31,264 nucleotides of DNA from Thermoproteota archaeon (GCA_027491395.1 JAOZFI010000024.1:1-31264), one strand, 5' to 3'. Positions 8,544 to 16,970 are shown, numbered from the stretch's first letter. Numbers and translations: made by a program. Notes: generated by a model from the letters alone, not told the origin.

Positions 8544-8565
8544 CCCTCCAGTGCCCGCTGGAGGG
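8544..8565 (+). promoter_or_regulatory. Shine-Dalgarno-sequestering hairpin (riboswitch expression platform)
   Basis: CCCTCCAG 8544-8551 pairs with CTGGAGGG 8558-8565, which contains GGAGG (8560-8564), 9 nt before ATG 8574. Confidence 0.8.
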
Positions 8566-8573
8566 CGGCGGTG

Positions 8574-9677
8574 ATGAGGTGGAGTGGTAAGGTCATACTG
8601 GCCCTAGCCATAGTCATCATAGTGGTTTTGGGTATTTCTTACTGGTACCTGACCTCCAAGCCAAGTGGGGAGAGGAAGCTGGTAATATACACGTACGAGA
8701 GCCTCCTGAAGTGGGGGGACGATCCCAACGCGACGAGGCAAGCTGTCTTCGGCGAATTCGAGCGCAGATACAACTGCAAGGTGGAGATAAGGGAGTTCGA
8801 CGATGCGAGGACGGCCCTGCTGACGGTTATACAGGAGAGGGACAGGCCCAAGGCGGATGTCATAATAGGGATCGATAACGTTCTGATCCACGAGGCGTTG
8901 AAGGAGGGCGTTTTAGAGCAGTTCAAGCCCAAGAACGTGGGAGAGATCCACAAGTGGCTAGTGAAGTCGCTGGATCCCTCCTACCACGTGGTACCCTACG
9001 ACTACGGGCTGATAGCTCTAGTCTATGATAGTAAGAGGATGCCCGAGGATAAGATGAAGGAACTGACATTCGAGAAACTGGCGAGTAAGGAGTACGCCTC
9101 CAAGCTAGTCGCTGAGGACCCAACGGTGAGCAGCACCGGCCTGAACTTCCTCCTCTGGCAGATCGCTTACTACAAGGTGAAGGGCGGCGACTGGACCGAT
9201 TGGTGGAGAAAAGCCAAGGCCAACGGGCTGCTCGTCACCGGGAGCTGGGGCGACGCCTACGACGTCTTCCTCGACGAGAAGCAGGGCAGGCCCATAGTAG
9301 TCAGCTATGGAACCGATGGAGCCTACTCCTACCACTTCTACAATGAGACCAGATACAAGGCCGCGCTTATCACACTTAACGGTGAGGAGTGGGGGTGGCT
9401 ACAGATAGAGGGGCTTGGAGTGGTGAAGAACGCGCCCCACAGGGAGCTGGCCGAGAGGTTCGTGGAGTACTTCATCAGTGAGGACGTGCAGAGGCACATA
9501 CCCCTCAACAACTGGATGTATCCTGCTAACAAGCACGTAAAGCTTCCCGAGGAGTACGTGAAGTACGCGTTCGATCCAACCAAGATAAAGCTGCTGAACG
9601 AAGTCTTACCGCCCGAGGAGGTTGGAAAGAACCTAAAGATGTGGTTAGATGAGTGGAGGAGGGCAGTGGGCTCCTGA
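8574..9677 (+). CDS. thiB: Thiamine ABC transporter substrate-binding protein, N-terminally membrane anchored
   Basis: IYTYES, ADVIIGIDN, PYDYG, EDP..SSTGLNFL, W.DAY..F, VVSY.TD, QIEG, NWMYP. Start moved to ATG 8574 because GTG 8514 is part of riboswitch P1. Confidence 0.93.
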   Translation: MRWSGKVILALAIVIIVVLGISYWYLTSKPSGERKLVIYTYESLLKWGDDPNATRQAVFGEFERRYNCKVEIREFDDARTALLTVIQERDRPKADVIIGIDNVLIHEALKEGVLEQFKPKNVGEIHKWLVKSLDPSYHVVPYDYGLIALVYDSKRMPEDKMKELTFEKLASKEYASKLVAEDPTVSSTGLNFLLWQIAYYKVKGGDWTDWWRKAKANGLLVTGSWGDAYDVFLDEKQGRPIVVSYGTDGAYSYHFYNETRYKAALITLNGEEWGWLQIEGLGVVKNAPHRELAERFVEYFISEDVQRHIPLNNWMYPANKHVKLPEEYVKYAFDPTKIKLLNEVLPPEEVGKNLKMWLDEWRRAVGS

Positions 9678-9679
9678 TA

Positions 9680-9697
9680 CCCCTCCTCCTCTCTTTT
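9680..9697 (+). terminator. Pyrimidine-rich putative archaeal terminator after thiB
   Basis: CCCCTCCTCCTCTCTTTT just after the stop codon. Confidence 0.4.
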
Positions 9698-9935
9698 GAG
9701 TACGCCGCCTGCCGAACCCCAAATCGTGAGCTTACGCGTTAGGAGCTCTTACTGATCGGCATGGAGGAGAGCCCCTTCCTCTCCCTAGTGCCCGGATCCA
9801 CCCAGAGGTGAGAGGATCCAGCTAGAGATCAGAGCTCTCTACTCTATCTCATATGCTGTAGAGAGAATGTGCGAGGTTCCTCAAGGATTGACACGCTTAT
9901 CTTTTTTCCCTCTCTTATCGAGCGGTGCCTCGGGA

Positions 9936-11468
9936 ATGGGCGGGAGGAGGGAGCACCTAGCAGCACTGGCGTCAGCTTCACTAGCTCCCCTCCTGTGGGC
10001 GATCGCGTTCCTCCCGCTCATGGTCTCAGGCATCGCCCACATTCCCGAAGTGCTTACGGATCCCGCCATAATGTCTGCCCTTCTCTTCTCCCTCGAGCAA
10101 GCCCTCCTCGCATCTATCATCGCCATCGGCATCGGAATCCCTCTGGGATACGTCAACGCCACCTTCGACTACCCCGGCAGAAGGCTCGTTGAGGTGATTA
10201 CCCTAGCCCCCTTCACCATGCCGACGGTGTCGGTGGCCCTAGCTTTCCTCCTAATAGTCAGGTCCGGCCTGCTCCCTCCCGGTCTTCTGGCCATTTCCCT
10301 GGCCAACGCTTACTTCAACTTCGGCTTCTGCGCCTCCCTCGTCTCCTCCTCACTGTTATCGGTTGGTAAGCGCCTGGAGGAGGCTGCCGAAGTCATGGGG
10401 GGCAGTAGATGGATGGTATGGAGGAGAGTGGTAATTCCCCTAGCCATCAGGGGCGTCTCCTACGGGTTCGCCCTCACGTTCACCCTAAGCTTCACCAGCT
10501 TCGCCGTCCCCCTGCTGTTGGGAGGTCCCGGTTCCCGAACGCTGGAGGTGGAGATCTACTCCCTCTACAAGGTCTTCCTAGATGAGGGGAGAGCTTCTGC
10601 GGCTGCGATCCTCCAGCTTCTCGTGACCATGGCTCTTACCTTCCTGCTCACAGCGAGGGGAGTGAAGACTAGGTCGCTGGAGGTGAGGAGGCGCAAGTCA
10701 GCCGGGCCGAGCGTCGCCCTCCTCCCCTACGCGTTGGCCCTCCTCTCCTCCTACCCCATGGCCTACCTAGTTTTTCGATCCCTCTACAATCCCTTCACCG
10801 GCGAGTTCAACCCGTGGGTGTACCTGAGGCTGCTAAGCCCCTCATACGATCCCGCTCTAGGTGTCTCACCCTTGAGACCACTCCTGAACAGCGTTTACTA
10901 CGCGGTTATGACCTCCCTCATCGTTCTTACCCTCTCCTCCATCTTGCTCCTCTCGAGGAGGGCTGTGAGGCTGGCCAGCTCCCTTTCTATCCTCCCACTC
11001 GGGACATCGTCCATCACCCTAGCGTTAGGGCTGTTGCTGCTTAGCTACAGGGTGGGGATCTCCGGCTGGGTCGCGATAATCCTTAGTCACTTCCTCATCG
11101 CCTTCCCGTTCTCCCTAAAGGTGCTGGAATCTGGGGTCTCGGGGCTGTCGCCCCATCTCATGGACGCTGCCGAGACTCTGGGCCTGAGCAGGCTCGACAC
11201 AATCTTTAGAGTCGTCCTCCCAGCGGCGATGCCGGCCGTCCTCTCCTCAGCCTTCTACGCACTAGCCATATCCCTCTCCGAGACCTCAGCGTCTACCCTT
11301 CTATCCACTCCCGAGACCATGACCCTCACGGTCGCGGCGTTGAGGTATTCCGGTGCTAGGAGGTTCCAGCTGGCGTCAGCGGCCTCGGTCATCGTCATGG
11401 GGCTGACCTGGCTCTTCCTATGGGTGAAGGGCAGGATCGAGTCTGGGTTGAGGTGGATGAGGGAGTGA
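9936..11468 (+). CDS. thiP: Thiamine/iron-type ABC transporter permease with two membrane domains
   Basis: Two EAA loops (LEEAAEVMGGSRW, LMDAAETLGLSR); FSLEQA, PFTMPT, FTSFA.PLLLGGP..TLEVEIY. Start ATG 9936 inferred. Confidence 0.85.
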   Translation: MGGRREHLAALASASLAPLLWAIAFLPLMVSGIAHIPEVLTDPAIMSALLFSLEQALLASIIAIGIGIPLGYVNATFDYPGRRLVEVITLAPFTMPTVSVALAFLLIVRSGLLPPGLLAISLANAYFNFGFCASLVSSSLLSVGKRLEEAAEVMGGSRWMVWRRVVIPLAIRGVSYGFALTFTLSFTSFAVPLLLGGPGSRTLEVEIYSLYKVFLDEGRASAAAILQLLVTMALTFLLTARGVKTRSLEVRRRKSAGPSVALLPYALALLSSYPMAYLVFRSLYNPFTGEFNPWVYLRLLSPSYDPALGVSPLRPLLNSVYYAVMTSLIVLTLSSILLLSRRAVRLASSLSILPLGTSSITLALGLLLLSYRVGISGWVAIILSHFLIAFPFSLKVLESGVSGLSPHLMDAAETLGLSRLDTIFRVVLPAAMPAVLSSAFYALAISLSETSASTLLSTPETMTLTVAALRYSGARRFQLASAASVIVMGLTWLFLWVKGRIESGLRWMRE

Positions 11469-11603
11469 CGAAAAAGTATGCGTGGAACTTTAGGGGGCTC
11501 AAGGTAATGGTAAAGTTCGACATGTTGGGAATATGATGATCCGGATGGAGCGCCCTGACTGTGACCACCAATTGAGGTGCGCACGAGAGAACGGGTGATG
11601 TGC

Positions 11604-12620
11604 TTGGCGGAGATAAGGGTAATTAATGTGAGGAAGAGGTTCAAGGGTACCAAGGCACTGGATGGGGTCAATCTTACGGCTCCGGACGGGATGATAACCG
11701 CCGTTCTAGGTCCGAGCGGTTCAGGGAAGACGACCTTGCTCAGGGTAATAGCAGGGCTGGAGACGCCGGATGGGGGCAGGGTGTACTTCGACGGGAAGGA
11801 TGTGACTGATACGTCAGCCTCGGAGAGGGGGGTGGGAATGGTATTCCAAGATCTGGCGCTCTTTCCACACATGACGGTCTTGGAGAACGTGTCTTTCGGG
11901 CTGGAGGCTAGGGGACTATCGGAGAGAGAGGCCGAGTCTAGGGCTAGGGAGGTGCTGGAGATGCTCAGGTTAGAGGGCCTAGAGCACCGCTACCCACATC
12001 AACTGTCGGGCGGGCAGCAGCAGAGAGTAGCGATTGCGAGGGCTTTAGCCCCCGACCCCAAGATACTGCTTCTCGACGAGCCCTTCGGCTCGCTGGATGC
12101 CAAGCTGAGGGAGGAACTCCTGTGGGAGATGCGGAGATTGAAGGAGGAGAGCGGCTTCACCGCCATCCACGTTACCCACGATCAGTCGGAGGCCATGGCT
12201 ATAGCCGACAGGCTGGCCGTGATGAACGAAGGGAAGATAGTTAGGGAGGGGAGCGTGGAAGAAGTTGTGAGCGATCCTCAAACGGTCTTCGTTGCCTCCT
12301 TCCTAGGGGCCAATGTGGTGGAGCTGGTAGAAGTTTCCCCTGGAATCTACGGGGCTGATAGGCTCATGGTCAGGTACGAGGAGGGGTTGGGCAAGCTTAG
12401 GATCGGATTCTACCCTGAGGATGTGAGGCTGGGCGAGGGTCTGCTTGTGGTGGTCGAAGCGGTTTCCAAGTGGCGCTCCGGTTACAGGGTGAAGGTAAGA
12501 TCCGAGTTCTCCGAGGGAGAGATGGAGGTGTGGCTGCCCAAGGTTCCGGGGAGGAAGTTCGAGATAGAGGTGAGGAGGTGGTTCCCCCTTTCTGATACCC
12601 CTCCACAAATTCTCCCCTGA
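11604..12620 (+). CDS. thiQ: ABC transporter ATP-binding subunit
   Basis: Walker A GPSGSGKT, Q-loop VFQD, signature LSGGQQQR, Walker B LLLDEP, H-loop VTHD. TTG 11604 follows GGGTGA; ATG 11598 is also possible. The symbol is assigned from gene context. Confidence 0.85.
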   Translation: MAEIRVINVRKRFKGTKALDGVNLTAPDGMITAVLGPSGSGKTTLLRVIAGLETPDGGRVYFDGKDVTDTSASERGVGMVFQDLALFPHMTVLENVSFGLEARGLSEREAESRAREVLEMLRLEGLEHRYPHQLSGGQQQRVAIARALAPDPKILLLDEPFGSLDAKLREELLWEMRRLKEESGFTAIHVTHDQSEAMAIADRLAVMNEGKIVREGSVEEVVSDPQTVFVASFLGANVVELVEVSPGIYGADRLMVRYEEGLGKLRIGFYPEDVRLGEGLLVVVEAVSKWRSGYRVKVRSEFSEGEMEVWLPKVPGRKFEIEVRRWFPLSDTPPQILP

Positions 12621-12821
12621 CTCCTCTTGCAAGAGATTCCAGACGCACCAACTAACTACCCCGTTCGATGATGGTGGTTGAGAGAGGGGAGAATCTTAAG
12701 TCTTCAAAGTCTCGTCCGCCGTGGACTCAACAGAAGTATGGACAGGCAGCTCAACCGGTCGCAGGGGTCAACTTAGGCTCATTAACAGCTCAATGGTTGG
12801 TGGGCGACCCATCTAGGATAT

Positions 12822-12851
12822 GTGGGAAATTCTTTATAAGTGGGACCCACT
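12822..12851 (+). promoter_or_regulatory. TATA box flanked by putative antitoxin operator sites
   Basis: GTGGGA (12822), TTTATAAG (12833-12840) and perfect palindrome AGTGGG-A-CCCACT (12839-12851), ahead of a probably leaderless ATG at 12862. Confidence 0.6.
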
Positions 12852-12861
12852 AGAAAAGTAG

Positions 12862-13095
12862 ATGGAAGCGGTAGTGGATAGTAAGGGAAGAATAGTACTC
12901 CCGAAGAACGTGAGGAAGAAGCTCGGCTTGAGAGAGGGCGACAAGGTCATCATCATATTAGAGAAGGATGGTATCTTCATAAAGAAGCCTGAAGATCCGG
13001 AAAAAGTGTTGGAGGAGTTGCTAGGCGATCTGACATTCTCTAGGAAACTCAGGAGGATAGCCGAGCGCCAGGCCTTAAAGGAGGTATCTGTGTGA
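12862..13095 (+). CDS. AbrB/MazE/SpoVT-family antitoxin
   Basis: VDSKGRIVLPKNVRKKLGLREGDKV; GTGA overlap with the PIN gene. Confidence 0.92.
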   Translation: MEAVVDSKGRIVLPKNVRKKLGLREGDKVIIILEKDGIFIKKPEDPEKVLEELLGDLTFSRKLRRIAERQALKEVSV

Positions 13096-13502
13096 TAAGG
13101 GTTCTCCTAGAAACGGGCTTCTTAGTCTCCCTGAATCCCAAAGATAGGAACCACGAATGGGCCATGAACCTATTAAAGCGGGCAAAGGATCGCGAGATAA
13201 AGATCTTTATTTCCCCTGCATCGCTCGTAGAGCTTTCCTTGATACTGAAGTCCAAGGGGTTATCTGAGGAGGGAATCAACCGCGTTCTCACGGCTATGGA
13301 GTCGCTGATAACGAGGTATGTCAGACCAGCCTTCCCTGACCTAACATTCGAGATCGTATCCGGCGCCGCCAAGCTGAGAATGAAGTACCCTCAACTTTCC
13401 TTCTTCGATTCGATTCACACAGCGACAGCTCTTGCGAACGATCTGGATTATCATGACTTAGATGAGGTTATAAGGGACGTAATAAAGCGTGAAAGAGAGT
13501 GA
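13092..13502 (+). CDS. vapC: VapC toxin, PIN domain
   Basis: VLLETGFL (Glu in place of the first Asp), D.nH.wA, SLVE, LSFFDSIHTATA, DLD. Confidence 0.85.
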   Translation: MIRVLLETGFLVSLNPKDRNHEWAMNLLKRAKDREIKIFISPASLVELSLILKSKGLSEEGINRVLTAMESLITRYVRPAFPDLTFEIVSGAAKLRMKYPQLSFFDSIHTATALANDLDYHDLDEVIRDVIKRERE

Positions 13503-13722
13503 GTTCAGCACGATTACCTTCGCGTGCGATATCCTGTTTCGAATGTAGTCCAAATAAATTAAAGGAATTCTCGCTGATACGTGAGACAGCCAAAAACCAC
13601 GGGTTCATCTACTTCGGGCGTCTGCAGACCATCCTCAAGCTTGAAGTCCCTCTGAGACTTCCATAACACTGAGGCCAGTTCCCTTAGGTTTCATCCCTGA
13701 GGCTCTAGTTCCTATCGCATCC

Positions 13723-13733
13723 AAAAAAGAGAA
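13723..13733 (-). terminator. T-tract terminator after the 507-aa gene
   Basis: Minus strand TTCTCTTTTTT a few nt after the stop at 13739. Confidence 0.45.
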
Positions 13734-13738
13734 TACCT

Positions 13739-15262
13739 TCACTGATCCTCCTCGTCCTCATCCCTAGTAGTATAGTAGGGAGTCTCCGTTGAATCCTCGT
13801 TGTCTTGAGCTCCCCAACTGTAGTAACCGAACACAGCAGAAGGATCGGAGCTCTCCTGCTCCAGCCTCTCCATCTGCCAATCGTCGCTTATGGATGCATC
13901 GAGCCAGCCCAGCCTATCGCCTTCGTTGTCGTAAACGTAACCGTCCTCCACGTAGCCCACCTCATCCCCCTCCTCATCCCTTAGGATGCCTTCGCCATCT
14001 ATCTCATAGAAAGATACGTCCTCTCCTAGGTCCATGTCTCTAACTTGCCCATCGCTGTCCACGTAAAAGGTGTCCATGCCCGTCCCGGTAGCCACGTCAT
14101 CCCCTTCCCATTCGCTTTCATAACTGGAGCTGTCATAGCTGGAACTATCTAGCTCCCATCCACTGTAGCTGTCTTCTAAGCCGTACTCAGGCTGGTAGTT
14201 GTGGAATTGGCTGGTCTTCAGGGATCTCGCGATCTGGTCAGTGAGTCTGCTGGTGGACCTGATGGAGCTTAAGACGGACTTATAAGCCATGTCACTCTCC
14301 CTCTTTAGGGCTTTAGCCCATTCCTGTCTCATCTCGAAGTGTGCTGCTATGCTCTGGAGTATCCAGAGGGCGCTCCTTCCCTTGGAGAGGTAAAGATAGG
14401 CGGCCCATATCTGTGATCCCATGAAGTTCTCCCCAATGGTGGTGACCCAAGCGTAACCGTCCTCCAACTTAGCTATGGCTGAGCTAAACATTGGCTGCTG
14501 ACCTGTCGTTAGGGTAGACGCGAGTTTGGCCGTAACCAAGTGAGCTAAACTTCCGGGGATAGGTGCGGGCCTAACATCCTTCACCTTAATCCCCATAGGC
14601 GTCAAAGCCGTCCTCATGTAGCTGATAGCATCCATGTAGGGGCTGACCTTAGCTCCCATCATTAGGTAGGACTGGACTATTAACGGGTTCCCGTAAACGT
14701 AGGTACTGGGGGGAGTCATGGAGATCAGATAGTCCCTCCCCCGAATCTCCATAACGGGAGCCTCTCCTTGAGCGTAACACTTGACGTGAGATTGGTGTGG
14801 GACCGCTGTCTTGAAGGCGACGACTCCCCTCGCGGGATCAGGTACGTTGATCCTACTGGCCTCGATTGAGTTCAGGAGCTCTGGTTTCCCGTAATTCTCT
14901 AAATCTTTGCTTAGATACTGTACGTGAGATGCCCATCCCCAAGATGGTTTTCCCGGGTAGACCCTTATTACATACTCCCCCGGAGGGGTTCTCATGACCT
15001 GCTGCGTTAGTGTCCCTGGGAGGTAGCCCCTAGCCTCGATGAACTTCCCTCTTGACACTCTGGCATTCAAAGGAGCTCCTATCAATGCCTCTACGTAATT
15101 TACTATTTCCTTGATCAGAGAATCGGCATCGAGTCGGGATGAGAAGATCATCGTGGTGGGCACATGGGGGTGATGCGAAAAGAGGGTACTTTCACTGGCT
15201 AATACCAGCCACCCATCGGGGACGTGAGCGCGGATCCCTATGAACATATCCCTGTACTCCAC
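13739..15262 (-). CDS. Hypothetical protein with a strongly acidic C-terminal repeat region
   Basis: 507-aa ORF without signal peptide; the last ~150 aa are D/E/S/Y/G-rich with (V/I/Y)-D-x-x-G units. Confidence 0.8.
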   Translation of the reverse strand: MEYRDMFIGIRAHVPDGWLVLASESTLFSHHPHVPTTMIFSSRLDADSLIKEIVNYVEALIGAPLNARVSRGKFIEARGYLPGTLTQQVMRTPPGEYVIRVYPGKPSWGWASHVQYLSKDLENYGKPELLNSIEASRINVPDPARGVVAFKTAVPHQSHVKCYAQGEAPVMEIRGRDYLISMTPPSTYVYGNPLIVQSYLMMGAKVSPYMDAISYMRTALTPMGIKVKDVRPAPIPGSLAHLVTAKLASTLTTGQQPMFSSAIAKLEDGYAWVTTIGENFMGSQIWAAYLYLSKGRSALWILQSIAAHFEMRQEWAKALKRESDMAYKSVLSSIRSTSRLTDQIARSLKTSQFHNYQPEYGLEDSYSGWELDSSSYDSSSYESEWEGDDVATGTGMDTFYVDSDGQVRDMDLGEDVSFYEIDGEGILRDEEGDEVGYVEDGYVYDNEGDRLGWLDASISDDWQMERLEQESSDPSAVFGYYSWGAQDNEDSTETPYYTTRDEDEEDQ

Positions 15263-15713
15263 ATTACCCCACTATCCTCCATTGGGGATTCAAGATAAGC
15301 TTTCTTGGTTTACCAGTGCTGGGTGATTTACCCGGATATTTATTACCCGATGCTGGATCCCGGATCTTATCCAGAAGACTCTCGTACTCAACATCACGAT
15401 TACAACGATTACACCTTCGGGCCCTAGCGGGCCCTCTTCGAGCATGTCCCGCATAATTAACTGTAGTGCACTCCCCTAGGGATCAAAATCAAGGGTAAAG
15501 ATGTTCACCAGAAGGTCTGATGCTCACGGCCGATGGATATCCCCCTTCTCACAGAGAGCATTGGCTCGCGAGCATAACTGAACTGGAGTGAGGTCTCTGC
15601 TATAAAACACTGAAGTGCTGGTTACTCTTTTCCTAAGCTCCCTGAAGGATTTCAGCTGACTATAATAACGCTTTCCAGTAAGGTATTTTTAGGTAGAGTG
15701 TCCCGATGTCGCA

Positions 15714-16457
15714 ATGAAGCTGGTTAAATTGCTGGAGAGGTTGGAGGGGTATCATGAAGAATTCGTTGAGGCCCTCCGAAATTATCGATTGGGAGCGGAG
15801 AGCATTTATGCGGTCGAGCGGCTCGCTCAGCTGATATCTCAGGTGATTCTGGACTTCGCAGCAGTCCTCGTTTCCAAGAGGAGGGGTAAGAAACCGGAGT
15901 CTTACAGGGATCTAGCTAAATGGTTATCAGAGGTGACTGATCCTGGTTTCGAGGATTTTTTGGAGGGTGTAGCGGGTTTTAGAAATATTCTCGTCCATAT
16001 GTACGCGGATATAGACAGAGATCTGGAGATGAGGGCATTCGAGGAGCTGGCTGAAAGGGTTCCTGAGTTGATTAGGTATTTGAGGAAGCTGGCTGATGAT
16101 CCTTGTTTGGATCAGGTGAGGAAGATTATTCGAGATAAGGCTCCTGAGCTGGGTATAAGATTGGTCTACGTCTTCGGCTCTCTGGCGAGGGATGAATGTG
16201 GTAATGATGTCGACTTAGCCGTAAAGCTGGAGGAGAGGCCTAGGAGTATGCTGGACATTGGAAGGCTTCAGGTTGAGCTGGAAGCTCTGCTTGGAGCTCC
16301 AGTCGATCTAATCGTGCTGAACTTGGATGTAGACCCTGCCTTGGCTAAGACAATAGTCGATGAGGCGATCCTCATTTACGGCGATGAGGGGGAAGGAGAG
16401 GAGGAAATCCTCAAACTATACAAGAAGTCCTTAGATGCCCTAGCATACGGGAGGTGA
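15714..16457 (+). CDS. HepT-like HEPN RNase (DUF86) fused to an MntA-like nucleotidyltransferase
   Basis: N-terminal half: VER..Q...Q..LD, PESYRD, GFRNILVHMY (R-x4-H). C-terminal half: VYVFGSLAR, DVDLAV, VDLIVLN. Confidence 0.9.
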   Translation: MKLVKLLERLEGYHEEFVEALRNYRLGAESIYAVERLAQLISQVILDFAAVLVSKRRGKKPESYRDLAKWLSEVTDPGFEDFLEGVAGFRNILVHMYADIDRDLEMRAFEELAERVPELIRYLRKLADDPCLDQVRKIIRDKAPELGIRLVYVFGSLARDECGNDVDLAVKLEERPRSMLDIGRLQVELEALLGAPVDLIVLNLDVDPALAKTIVDEAILIYGDEGEGEEEILKLYKKSLDALAYGR

Positions 16458-16970
16458 ACCGTCTAATGGGGATTAACTACAGCGATCCTTCGAATCTTAG
16501 TGCTCTAAACAGATTTAAGTGGCGCCGATAGACAGCTGTAACTACCTCAATTGGGAGGGGTTGAGAGATTTTGGCTCCATGGATTTGGCCTCTCGAAACC
16601 ATGTTTACGGATTGATTGCAGCGCGCCGGGTAGTGGAGGAGATTGGAGCCCGACAGCCTCTTTCTCGTGATATAAGAGGAGAAGTCAGTAAGTTCCGTGC
16701 GAGTGCGGTGATCTATGGTCACCGTGGGGAGGAAGAAACCCGGTCGCCACTTTACTTCGTCGTCTTTGGGTGGAAGAATAGAGCTCCTCGTACCTGCCAT
16801 GTGAGAGACCCAAGCTGAGATCAGGGAGGAAGCCCAATCGATGGCCCCATTATCTCACTCAGGTGCATACCCCAGATGGGTAAGGGGGTTAAAATAACTC
16901 ATGCTTGACGAAGGTGCCGACTAGCGTCCGTAAAAGCAACTTTTTAGCTTTGTACAGTGAAGAAGACTCG

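Noticed and set aside
8514-8573. N-terminal extension of ThiB called by the ORF track
   Set aside because: GTG 8514 is the P1 3' strand of the riboswitch; the SD and membrane anchor fit ATG 8574.
12668-12853. 61-aa ORF upstream of the AbrB gene
   Set aside because: No recognisable motif, and it runs through the AbrB promoter and operator.
16519-16818. 99-aa ORF with faint RelE-like wording (KFR...VIY...VVFGWK)
   Set aside because: Similarity too weak to support by eye, no antitoxin partner, and an equally long antisense ORF; it may be a remnant and needs an HMM search.
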